DNA of 64,000 bases from Octopus vulgaris (Eukaryota): assembly GCA_951406725.2 (NCBI GenBank), contig OX597820.1, forward strand, positions 116,374,001-116,438,000. Direction: 5' to 3'. Below the pieces are notes generated by a model. The model saw nothing but the letters and a program-made list of their open reading frames with translations. It made no database searches and was not told the origin of the DNA. A program made the translations under genes and the position numbers. Shown here piece after piece: positions 13,430 to 25,785 of the stretch; positions within the stretch are counted from its first letter, which is position 1; each line of letters begins with the position of its first letter.

Positions 13430-13945
13430 CTAGCAGTATCGCCCGGCGTTGCTCGGGTTTGTAAGGGAAATAAATATATAAGCATTTTTAGAGAGTTACT
13501 TCCCTTATAGATGCCAATTCGGGCTTTCTTAGCCATTTCTGTTTTGGTGTCTTCAAGCCATGAAGTCGTTGTTCTAAAAGAACGCTGGTCTCCTTGACAA
13601 CGCATTACGACGTTGATTTCCTTAAACTCCCTTCCCAACAGCTTCACGAGGGAGGGAAGAAGGGGAGAAGCAAACACAGGTGCAGGTGTTTGAGCGTGGA
13701 CGCCAACTCCGCCGCCATCGACACACGAAAAATTATGCATTAAAATGGAATAAAAAATGATGTTAAATTATTTTTAAAATCGTAGACTCATCGTAGACGC
13801 GCGCTAATACTCAGACGGGCTCGATATGAATCACGACTACAAGATACCCGAATTTGGTTAAACTGCACCACAAAATGTGGGAGTAGTTAGGAATCTAAAT
13901 CGAAGGGGACAGACACTCACACAACTACAGTTTTATATATATAGA
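13430..13945 (-). mobile_element. Non-autonomous Helitron-like element
   Basis: TC...CTAG ends at an A|T site; same 3' hairpin as, and partly shared body with, 9919-10316. Confidence 0.82.
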
Positions 13946-14246
13946 TTTAACCGTTTCTATTGGTTCCGCTTGGAGAGCGATAAACTCTGTCAAATAGACT
14001 TATCCTGGAAATGCAGCTTTTGTGGTGTCGCTGTGACACATTGGATTCAAATTTTGGTACAATGCCAGTAATTTATAGAAGAGGGCACAGGTCGAGCCTC
14101 GTTCTCAACTGATTCTTATTTTTGCATTTTAATGAGTAGTTATAGATTTGTCATTTGGTTCCTTGTTGCATTTTTAATCCTCAAACTAGTTTATAACTGC
14201 TTCAGACAACCAGAATGAACAGTTCAGTTTCGAATGTCATACTGAC

Positions 14247-14318
14247 ATCGACATAGTTGTTTATTCTGCTGCCATGGCCTCTATCTCTTTGTCTTCCCAC
14301 AAATCTATTATCGGCAGC
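14247..14318 (-). CDS. REJ-GPS gene exon 14 (AADNRFVGRQRDRGHGSRINNYVD), symmetric phase 0-0
   Basis: gtattctag acceptor, gtcagt donor, 72 nt in frame; could be skipped without a frameshift. Confidence 0.7.
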
Positions 14319-14337
14319 CTAGAATACAAGAATACAA

Positions 14338-15129
14338 TTGGAGTAAAGATTGTTAGCCAACATAACATGGTAGTCCTGATTTAGAACGAATGTTGCTGTA
14401 ATTTAGCCCCAGGAGACATCGTCTCCAGCTGGCTATACGACACGATCTGTGTCCTTATTTGAAAATATACTTTTCTGATTTAGACAAAAGGCCCAAAATT
14501 TTGGGGGAAGGGGCCAGTCGATTAGATCGACCCCAATACGCAACTGGTACTTTGTCCCCTCTATGTTTAGCCCCTTGTGGGTGGTAAAGAAATATATAAA
14601 AAGTGGCGAGCTGGCAGAAACGTTAGCACGTCGGGAGAAATGCTTAGCGGTATTTCGTCTGCCGCTACGTTCTGAGTTCAAATTCCGCCGAGGTCGACTT
14701 TGCCTATCATCCTTTCGGGGTCGCTAAATTAAGTACCAGTTCCGCACTGGGGTCGATGTAATCGACTTAATCCGTGTGTCTGTCCTTGTTTGTTCCCTCT
14801 GTGTTTAGCCCCTTGTGGGTATTAAAGAAATCGCTATTTCGTCTGTGTTTACTTTCTGAGTTCAAATTCTGCCGTGGTCGAAATTGTCTTTCATCCTTTC
14901 GGAGTCCATAAATTAAATACCAGTTGCGTATTGGGGTCGATCTAATCGACTGGCCCCTTCCCCCAAAATTTTGGGCCTTGTGTCTAAATAAGAAAAGTAT
15001 ATTTTCAAAAAAGCACACAGATCGTGTCGTATAGCCAGCTGGAGACGATGTCTCCTGGGGCTAAATTACAGCAACATTCGTCCTAAACCAGGACTGCCAT
15101 GTTATGTTGGCAAACAATCTTTACTCCAA
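14338..15129. repeat. Fold-back with inverted arms of about 210 bp (14338-14549 / 14917-15129) enclosing a composite SINE A
   Basis: Arms are near-identical reverse complements; the outer part recurs at 35213-35700. Confidence 0.85.
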
Positions 15130-15267
15130 AGTACTGTTGCTGAATATCTCTCGTTGTGAGATTTCTAAGAATATAATTGCTTCTACCAAAAATCAAAGGA
15201 GAATCTGTAATTAAAGACCTCGTCAGCTGTATTATATCTTAATTCCTTCAAAGTTTATTATCGGGTA

Positions 15268-15829
15268 CAGTTGTCCTCAACGGGCGTCCATATAACCCCC
15301 GGCGGTCCATATAAGATTTTTAGGGGTCTAGACAAGCAAAATAGTAAATCGGGGAAGTACAGTAGTACATTAGGGATCTGTGAAAAAGTTTTGCTTTAAC
15401 TATATTTATCGGGAGAAACATTTGGGTTTCTTTCTCTAAAGTTTTACGTAGTTCAAACTACACACGTTGATGTGTGAAAAACGAAACAGGAATTTTGATA
15501 GATGTTTCTATAAAGCTAGTTTTTAACCCTTTAGTGTTCAGATTACTCTGTTAAATGTAATACTTTTTCACTCAAATTGTTTTGAATTAATCATGCATTA
15601 TGTTATATCGTTGAGGTTTCAATGATGTGATTGTCTATTTTTAGAATGTTAATGTAGGTTAGATGTAAGAGGCTGGATATGGCCAGTTTGAATATAAAAC
15701 ATGTAGAATATCTGGGCCAGATATGGCCGGTTTAAACACTAAAGGGTTAAACATCAAGAGGCTGTGGGTGGGGGAGGGTCACCAGAGTAATCAAAGGGGT
15801 CCATAAGCAAAAATGATTGGGAATCACTG
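15268..15829. mobile_element. hAT-like MITE (CAG...CTG ends) with a nested TTAA-flanked MITE at 15527-15746
   Basis: Degenerate 8-bp target duplication atcgggta/atctggaa; inner element TTAA|CCCTTTAGTGTT...AACACTAAAGGG|TTAA. Confidence 0.7.
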
Positions 15830-15997
15830 ATCTGGAACGTAAACCAGCGTTGAAAAGATCTCCAGATGTCTTTGATGTAGCACGCTATCCCCACAAATAA
15901 ACCCCCAACTACAACAAACAGCAAAATATAAAATTAGATGAAAAAAAAAAAGTACTGACATTTCATATGGTATTAAGAATTTTCAGTTTATACTTAC

Positions 15998-16207
15998 TTT
16001 GTCGACGCTTGATGTAAAAATACTGTCTGGCATGCTTTGACTGTTTAATTTGAAGATTTTTATCAAGGAGTCTAGATTAGAAATAAATTTTTTAAGAAAA
16101 TCGTCGTTGTATTGTTCATCGTCCAGTTTCACTATTGCAGAGCTAAGAATTATGGCCTCTTCTTCAGATAGCGGTTTCAATACGGTCATTTCCCAAGCAT
16201 TGATGGT
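15998..16207 (-). CDS. REJ-GPS gene exon 13 (TINAWEMTVLKPLSEEEA...FTSSVDK), helical GAIN-like region, phase 0-0
   Basis: tttaactag acceptor, gtaagt donor, 210 nt. Confidence 0.88.
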
Positions 16208-16970
16208 CTAGTTAAAAAAAAAAACAAAAAAAACCCAGCTGTTACATTCATTCCGAAATCGTGTTTGTTTTCCCTTTTTGTATTCCTGTTCGGGCAACAT
16301 TACAATAGCAGTTAAATATAGAAAAAATCAAGCTTTGTATAAGAGAATAGATCTGATTGCGGAATCGTCTCTCAGCACCGACACAGCATTTGTGACAACT
16401 GGAAAGATGCTCAACCGTAGTATCTAATTCCAGGCAAACAGATGCCATGTAGACCTGTGGCTACACTGGCGACAAGCAATTGATTTACTTTTATATATTT
16501 TTATTGTCAAAATTGTTTCTATTTTCATCCCTGGATTCGGATGTGACATGAGAAGCAACCACTACCCTCATCGCTTCAGCATTTGCAGCCAACTGCTTAA
16601 CTGATTTCTTTTGTCTTGTTGGTTTCAGATCAGTTGCAACGAGCATGATATACAATAGACTAAATGTAAACAGGACTATGGAGTTGGGAGAAGTGAGGGT
16701 TTGTATCCATCTTCCAGGCATAGAAAACCAGATATAATAATTATTTAGTTTATTAATTATATCAATTATTTCTTTCATATGCTAATGACATGTAATTATA
16801 GTGGGTTTTTTATTGCACAATTATGCCATCAACCCTCGCATGATGAATTTCTACAGGTGTATGTAAATGTCAAACACACACACACACATACACGCACACA
16901 GAATCACCTGCGTATATCTTTGAAAGTACTTCCTGAGATGAATTTGATTACCAGAAACTAGAACCACACC

Positions 16971-17062
<92 letters not shown>

Positions 17063-17665
17063 ATGTATGTATGTATGTACGTATGTATGTATGTATGTAT
17101 GTATGTGTGTGTGTGTGTAGGTATATATATATATATATATATTATTTCTGTGTGTGTGTATAGATATGTATAAATTGTATGGATATCTATAAACATGAAT
17201 GATATTGAACGTATCAACAACAGAATTGTTTTCGTCCTCAGTCCATTCGTACGAACTGACGGTGTGAAAATATCAAATATAACGCAGGAACGAAACTTAA
17301 ATGCTAGTTTCAAATTTTGGCACAAGGCCAGCAATTTCGGGGTAGGGGCTCAGTCAATTACATCGACCTCAGTACTCAACTAGTACTTATTTTATCCACC
17401 CTGAAAGGACGAGAGGCAAAGTCAGATTTGGCGGAATTTGATCTCAGAACGCCAAGACGGACGAAATGCCCCGCTAAGCGTGCTTTTTCAGGCGTGCTTA
17501 CGATTCATTCCTCTCATCATCTACACGAAACCTTAATATTGCAATGCATTTAGTTCAGTACTCTACTGTCACAGGCTTCTTCACAATTTAAATATATGAA
17601 AAAAAAAATAGTGGATGAAGGGCTGATAGGATATATCATTATTGTGAAGACAAAGGCAAATTTAC

Positions 17666-17775
17666 TTTGATCACATCCTGGCTCATTATTTCTTGCTCGG
17701 CTGATCTCTTTTTGCGGGCATTGTCTTGGATTCCAAGGATGCCAACCAATGATAATAAAGCTTCGAAATAGTTTT
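17666..17775 (-). CDS. REJ-GPS gene exon 12 (QNYFEALLSLVGILGIQDNARKKRSAEQEIMSQDVIK), phase 1-0
   Basis: tttttacag acceptor, gtaaat donor, 110 nt. Confidence 0.85.
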
Positions 17776-18488
17776 CTGTAAAAAAAAATACATATATATA
17801 TATATATTGATATAGTCAATGTATATGTTAACATATGATTAATATTCCCATGTCTGAGCTAATAAGGCTAAGCAATACATCAAGGAGAGAAATGCCAACA
17901 CCTCTGTAAGTATCTGCTAAATTTTTGGAAATGTATCTCAGTATGAGATTCAGTAGACTAACATTAAACTATCTTACTCTGCTTCCATAATATTTGGTCT
18001 AAGCATTTTATTCTTTTTGCATTTTATACATTTTCTCAATAATGTCCCAAACACCATTTTTTTATTTTGCAATCATAATTTCTTTCCAGTGACTCACCCT
18101 TCTCTTATTTTCCGAACTAAGAATTAATGCAGAACACTTTCCAGGTCACATTACTGATTCTAATTTTGTCATTCATAAATTTTCGCCCATTTTATAGCTT
18201 TTCTTTCGATATCAAAATAAAACCGATCTCTGGTAACCCAAAAGAAAGAAATCAGCTGTGCAAGGAGGTTTTAGAAGGAGTTGTAGTCCTTTCTCCTTTT
18301 AATGATTCAGAATAAATACATATGATCAAAAACTGTTTAGCAACTTATAAATGTACTTGTCTACTTTTGTGGAAGACGCTGGTTATAAATCATCCGAAGA
18401 TTGTCTAAAACATGAAACTATCAATAGCGATGATCATCCAGTTAAAATTTTTCATTCTAATGTGCACTTATACTGAGTACTTTATGCG

Positions 18489-18777
18489 GGGGCGCATGGC
18501 CTGGTGGTAAGGGTGTTGCACTGACGCTTGCAAGATCGTGGTTCAATTATTAGACCAGGTGATGCGTTGTGTTCTTAAGCAAAACACTCCTTTTCACGTT
18601 GCTCTGCGGTCACTTCGAAACCTGACACGTGGTACGCCGTGAACCTATTCAGGCAACATTGATTTCATGAAGAGAGCGAGCTAATGTACAGCACACATTT
18701 GATCACTATAAACGATTCATTTGTGCAGGTCGCTCGGCAAAAAGCGAAACACTCATTCGTCGACGGAAGAGTCCATC
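18489..18777 (+). mobile_element. tRNA-derived SINE variant with an RTE-like 3' end
   Basis: GGGGCGCATGGCCTGGTGG head; ends CTCATTCGTCGACGGAAGAGTCCA. Confidence 0.65.
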
Positions 18778-18853
18778 ACTGAATGCTCTGGGTTGTTCAT
18801 GAAAATTGGTTTACAGGAGACACACACTCACACACACACACACACACACACAA

Positions 18854-18927
<74 letters not shown>

Positions 18928-18970
18928 GTATATATACGTATAAATATGTATATATATATATACACGCATA

Positions 18971-19008
<38 letters not shown>

Positions 19009-19014
19009 CGCATA

Positions 19015-19126
<112 letters not shown>

Positions 19127-19405
19127 TTATTTATTTATTTATCTCCGCATAAAAGCAGATGTTGTGTCACTGAGATAGCCTCCCATATGGACTTGTGGTG
19201 CATGTAAGCACTCGTGTTTATATCGCTAGTGCTAGATAATGATCCACTATCGCCACCAACTCACGTGATTTGGACTACCAAATCACGTGGTTCTGGCCTT
19301 CCTTAGCCTTGTCAATGGTTGATGCCCGAAAGCCAGATATAACAGCGATTCCTCCGCTAGCGGTATACATAGGGTCTCGATGCCTTGTCGGGTACTGGTC
19401 TCGTA

Positions 19406-19830
19406 TACTCTTTTACTCTTTTACTCTTTTACTTGTTTCAGTCATTTGACTGCGGCCATGCTGGAGCACCGCCTTTAATCGAGCAAATCGACCCCGGGAC
19501 TTATTCTTTGTAAGCCCAGTACTTATTCTATCGGTCTCTTTTGCCGAACCGCTAGATGACGGGGACGTAAACACACCAGCATCGGTTGTCAGGCAATGCT
19601 AGGGGGACAAACACAGACACACAAACACACACACACACACACATATACATATATATATACATATATACGACAGGCTTCTTTCAGTTTCCGTCTATCAAAT
19701 CCACTCACAAGGCATTGGTCGGCCCGGGGCTATAGCAGAAGACACTTGCCCAAGATGCCACGCAGTGGGACTGAACCCGGAACCATGTGGTTGGTTAGCA
19801 AGCTACTTACCACACAGCCACTCCTGCGCC
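19406..19830 (-). mobile_element. SINE family B, full length
   Basis: Reverse complement match to 8357-8784. Confidence 0.92.
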
Positions 19831-19877
19831 TATATATATATATTTTTAGTTGGTGTTCTACATTCACACTTGCACCG

Positions 19878-19912
<35 letters not shown>

Positions 19913-19989
19913 CCATATAAATTCTTGTTGATAGCATGAAAGTCTTCTACTGCAATGTAGTGGTATGAAGTGAAAAACAGTTTACTTAC

Positions 19990-20119
19990 GTGTTTTAAGT
20001 AAGTCGTCCACGTTTTCTAATATTTCGCCTTTTCTTTGTTCTACTTTGGCAGCATCGATGGCCGTGGCGTTGACGTGGTCGCTGATATAAGTCTTACACA
20101 TCTCATGATTGTTGCAGAC
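19990..20119 (-). CDS. REJ-GPS gene exon 11 (VCNNHEMCKTYISDH...LENVDDLLKT), phase 0-1
   Basis: ttttctgttgaag acceptor, gtaagt donor, 130 nt. Confidence 0.88.
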
Positions 20120-20204
20120 CTTCAACAGAAAAGTGAAATACATTTTGGTGTGCAGCATATCGCAATCATAACAACAGCATCACTATCATCATCGTCATTG
20201 TTTT

Positions 20205-20480
20205 GTTTGATGAAAACTCAGTTTGATTTGCTGGGCATGATGGGAAGTGTCAGCTTTCCACAACCAGCAGACTAAGGTGACACTTGTTTACTGATCATTC
20301 TTCAAGAACCCTGCGAAGAACTCTTGTAGTTCCAAGCAATGCTGGTTTTTGTAGGTGTTCTACCTTCACACTTGCACCGATCTTCTTCAGCCATGTTAGT
20401 AGCTGAGTGCTGATACTTTCAAGTAAACCAATTACTTTTGGTATCGCGTCCACTCTCTTCATTGACCACAACCTGCGTAT
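20205..20480 (-). mobile_element. R4/Dong-like non-LTR retrotransposon, 3' fragment
   Basis: Homologous to 49440-49720. Confidence 0.7.
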
Positions 20481-20844
20481 TGATAATTTGAAATGAAAAT
20501 ATAAACGATTCTTAATAAATAGTTAAATAACAAGTGAATCGGTTGGTTAGATTCATGTCCTAAAAGTATTGGTTTATTTATCCAAATAATATTCAATGTT
20601 GTAATAAGGGCTGCCAGAATCTTTATTGCTCCGGACAAAAAGCTTAACGATATTTCTTCCGACTTTAAGTTCTGAGGTTAAATGCCACCGGGATCGACAT
20701 TGCCTTTCATCTTTTCGGCGTCGATGTAATCGACTTAACTCCTTCCAGAAATTACTGGCCTTCATTAGATATTGTAATCATCACTTAGAAACACGTCCAT
20801 TGATTAGTTTTCGCATCGTTTGCCGAATGGAATGACTGATATTT

Positions 20845-21078
20845 ATTTCTTAACTACCCACAAGGGGGCTAAACACAGAGGGGACAAACAAGGACAGACA
20901 AATGGATTAAGTCGATTACATCGACCCCAGTGCGTAACTGTTACTTAATTTATCGACTCCGAAAGGATGGAAGGCAAAGTCGACCTTGGCGGAATTTGAA
21001 CTCAGAACGTAGCGGCAGACGAAATACGGCTACATATTTCGCCCGGCGTGCCAACGTTTCTGCCGGCTCGCTGCCTTG
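20845..21078 (-). mobile_element. SINE family A
   Basis: Reverse complement match to the family. Confidence 0.9.
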
Positions 21079-21472
21079 GAATGATTGACATCTGTTATGC
21101 TGTCGTTATGTCGACCGACAGACGATGCTTCATGAATCAGGTCTTATGCGCGAGCATAGTATTTTTTTCTCTCTTTCAAATTGCTTCCTTTTGGCAGCTT
21201 ATATTCATGTTATAACATATCTACTTTGCAGTGGTATTCATTGTCCTTCCTTGTTGTGGGTTTGGTGTTCGTAATACATTTTATGAGGTTTGACAATTGC
21301 CTGTTGATGTTGTATTACTCAAATACTAGTTTTTGTTATTGTACATAACTAATTAGAGGTCTGTCATTGATTTTCAATCAATACATACTCCACCGAAACG
21401 ATGGTTATTTTTATAGTTCATTCATCTATTTTGTAACTGTAGTAAATTGGGATTTTATTATAAATTATAAAT

Positions 21473-21705
21473 AAGGCGGCGAGCTGGCAGAAACGTTAGC
21501 ACGCCGGGCGAAATGCTTAGCGGTATTTCGTCTGCTGCTGCGTTCTGAGTTCAAATTCCGCCGAGGTCGACTTTGCCTTTCATCCTTTCGGGGTCGATAA
21601 ATTAAGTACCAGTTACGCACTGGGGTCGATATAATCGACTTAATCCGTTTGTCTGTCCTTGTTTGTCCTCTCTGTGTTTAGCCCCTTGTGGGTAGTAAAG
21701 AAATA
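21473..21705 (+). mobile_element. SINE family A, full length (tail 1)
   Basis: AAGGCGGCGAGCTGGCAGAAACG head, GAGTTCAAATTCC B-box; target duplication gggattttatyataaat. Confidence 0.92.
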
Positions 21706-22184
21706 GGGATTTTATCATAAATGTTTATATGATTTAAGTTTCTCATTTACAATTTTCAATGAGTTATTCGGAGTAGTGATTTCTTTTTATTTCTCGAACA
21801 ACACTATTACACTGTTTGTAAGTAGATTTGTTTAACAAATGTTAATTAACGCTTCAGCGTGTTTATTGATTATTGAATTTCTGGCAGTGCCAAACTGTAG
21901 CTGTCAAACGTCGTTATAAAAAGAATGTGAAGGGAAGGGGGAAAAGAGAGAGATCGAGGAAGAAAAGGTGATATATGAAAGAGAGGACTGAAAAATAAAA
22001 TATTTTGAAACCTAAAGATCATTTGGTTTACAATGAGAAAACGAATGAAATAGTTAAGAAGTAAATATTTAAAAACTGGAAAATTTTTCAAATTTACCGA
22101 CAAATTTTTAACGACGGTCGCCTTGAGCATACAAATAAATTCTTTAAATCTTTTATCCACGCAAAATAATAACATATCTTCTGA

Positions 22185-22553
22185 TAAATAATATCTGTTA
22201 TAATCGTGCGGTGGCGGTGGGAGATAATAATTCACCTTTCTGAAAGACCTGTGGTGGGAATATTTAAACTTTTGCGGCAGTCACGTTTCGTCTTTATAGA
22301 TACAAACAGACATACATTGAGCGACGCGTTGGAGAAGAAAGAGAGACGGCGGAGGTGTCAAACGTCGTTATAGAGAGAGAAATTGGAGGGAAGGGGGAAA
22401 AGAGAGAGATCGAGGAAGAAAAGGTGATATATGAAAGAGAGGACTGAAAAATATTTTGAAACCTAAAGATGATTTGTTTTAAGAGAAAGATTCTCATGAT
22501 TGTGTGGTGGTAGTGATGGCGATGATAATTCTCTCTATGAATGAAGACAGACG

Positions 22554-22604
<51 letters not shown>

Positions 22605-22685
22605 TGACAGCGCTAGCGAAGGCGGCGGAGGAAAGATAGTAGACGCTATCAAACGACGTTGTAGAGAGAACGTGAAAGGAAGGGA

Positions 22686-22731
<46 letters not shown>

Positions 22732-22812
22732 TGACAGCGCTAGCGAAGGCGGCGGAGGAAAGATAGTAGACGCTATCAAACGACGTTGTAGAGAGAACGT
22801 GAAAGGAAGGGA

Positions 22813-22854
<42 letters not shown>

Positions 22855-22935
22855 TGACAGCGCTAGCGAAGGCGGCGGAGGAAAGATAGTAGACGCTATC
22901 AAACGACGTTATAGAGAGAACGTGAAAGGAAGGGA

Positions 22936-22986
<51 letters not shown>

Positions 22987-23064
22987 CAGCGCTAGCGAAG
23001 GCGGCGGAGGAAAGATAGTAGACGCTATCAAACGACGTTGTAGAGAGAACGTGAAAGGAAGGGA

Positions 23065-23112
<48 letters not shown>

Positions 23113-24200
23113 GAAGACAGGCAGATAATAGAATGCGATGGCGGCGAGGGAAAGATAATAGACGCTGTGAAACGACGTTATAGAGAGAAGGTGAAAGGAA
23201 GGGAAGAAAGAGAGAGAGATGGAGAAAGACAGGCAGATAAAAGAATGAGAGTAGACTTGTCAAAGTGTGCATTTTTGGCCCTAGCAATGACACCTTTTAA
23301 GATAGGGATTTCTAACCTAGCCCACTCCCATCCTCACCTCATTTTACATGTCCCTGTAAATTTTGGAGTCAATCCGACGGGATCTAGTGCCCTTTAACCC
23401 GTTCTAATGCCAAAACCAGACAAACAAACTTTTTGCATTTCAGAATTATAATATAGAGACTAGCTTAAGGTGACCCTCTCTACTCGCGGGTGAGGTTGTG
23501 GTTGTTACTTTCTGTTTCTTATCGCCACATTCTCCCTCCTTTCTCACTTTCCCACTCTCTTACTCTTCCTTTCTCTCGGACGCTCCCTAGCTTTCTCTTA
23601 CTCTTTCTCTTTCTCTTGCTATCTCTCTGACATTTATAAAAAAATAGAATTCTGCGTTTAAATTAGAAATCCACTTCAACTTTACCATGTTAAAAATTTG
23701 ATTGAAATCGGGCAAAAGGTGTCCGATCTAGGCCCCCAGTTGTCCCCCAAAATCAATAAAATCTCCGTTTTCACACCAAATTAACCACTGTAGCACCCCA
23801 AAACGTCTCCAGATCAATTTCCCACCTCAAATTACACTCTACTGTAAATTTTAATCCCCTTCCAGCCCGATTTAGACCCCTTTTTACATAAAAATCCAAT
23901 TTGTATCAACGTTCGCCTTCTTTATTTTATAGACAGATATACCGGGCCTTGCTCGGGATTGAAATAGTTTATTATTGTTTTACATGTTTCGGCATTATAA
24001 CCCGTTTTCATTCGTGTCTACGCGAGCCACATTTAAAAAGATGAGGAATTTTGCCCGAGAGGCGATGCCTTTCAATTGAGCAAACTGAAAGTTGCCATGC
24101 AAGCTCGGTAGCACTTTTAACATAGGTGTGCATATTTTCAGCTGAATCCGATCACATATGCACACATTATATTATCTTTTATTAAACTTTTAATACTTTT
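22185..24200 (-). mobile_element. Stack of head-to-tail Helitron-like elements; the first carries a tandem array of about 125-bp units (22603-23220)
   Basis: 5' end TCTCTATATTAT..GTTTGTTTGTCTG at 23459; next element's CTAG end at 23460; third hairpin end near 23935. Confidence 0.65.
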
Positions 24201-24212
24201 GATATATATTTT

Positions 24213-24248
<36 letters not shown>

Positions 24249-24576
24249 TAATATATAAATATAAAAATATACATACATACATATATATATATATTTGTAT
24301 ATATATATAAAATTTATAAGTTTAAATTATTTAAATAATTTTTTTTTAAAACTTTTATATTTTAAATTCATTTTATGTATTGCTATGTTTTTCACTGTTT
24401 GATTTGCCTAATAGTGGTTTTATCTCTAATTTAATATAATATAATATATATATATATATATATATACATACGCATTAAATATGTACATATATACGCATTA
24501 TATATACATGTCTACACACACACATATATATATATATCTACACACATATATACAAATATATACACTCACACACACA

Positions 24577-24638
<62 letters not shown>

Positions 24639-24691
24639 ATATATATAATTATATACACACACATATATATAAATTAACACAATATATCTAA

Positions 24692-25297
24692 TTAATAATA
24701 TCTGTTATGATTGTGCGATGGTGGTGGGCGATAATATGTCAGCGTTCTAAAAGACGGGAATATTTAAACTGTTGATACTGTCACGCTTTCTCTCTATAGA
24801 TAGAGACAGAAGTACAGTGAGAGAGGTGGTGGGAGAAAGAGTGGAAGAGAGACGGCGAATCTGTCAAACGTCGTTATAGAGAGAAAGTTATAGAGATAGT
24901 GCAGACAGACGCACAGAAAGAGAGTGAGAGAGGAAGTGGAAGAAAGAGTGACAGCGCTGACGAAGGCGGCGGAGAAAGATAGTAGAAGCTGTCAAACGTC
25001 GTTATAGACAGAAAGTGAAGGGAAGGGAGGAAAGAGAGAGCGAGACGGAGGAAGAGAAGCAGATAAGAGAAGGAGAGAAACGACAAACACTTGTCAAAGT
25101 GTGGGTTTTTTTGCCCTAGTAACCACAGCTTTTGAGATAGGGATTTCTAACCTAGCCCACTCACATCCTCGCCTTTTTTTTTTACATGACCCTGTAAATT
25201 TTGGAGCGAATCCGACGGGATCTAGTGCCCCTTAACACGTTCCAATGCCAAAACCAGACAAACAAATTTTTCGCATTTCAGATTTATAATATAGAGA
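24692..25297 (-). mobile_element. Second, unexpanded copy of the 22185-23459 Helitron-like element
   Basis: Colinear diverged homology including the 5' terminus. Confidence 0.7.
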
Positions 25298-25340
25298 TTA
25301 TATTATATATAATATTATATTATATTATATTATCTATATA

Positions 25341-25397
<57 letters not shown>

Positions 25398-25493
25398 ATA
25401 GAGATAGTAATTGTACTTTATTTAACTCATATTATATTATATTATATTATATAATTATATAATTACTGTATATATATATATATATATATATAT

Positions 25494-25550
<57 letters not shown>

Positions 25551-25605
25551 TATATATATATATATTATATTATATATATATATATACATATATTTATATA
25601 TATAT

Positions 25606-25657
<52 letters not shown>

Positions 25658-25740
25658 TATTATATATATATATAAATGGCGGTACCCCAGCATGGCCACA
25701 GCTCATGAGCTGAAACTGGAAAAATCATCAAAATCATCAA

Positions 25741-25785
<45 letters not shown>

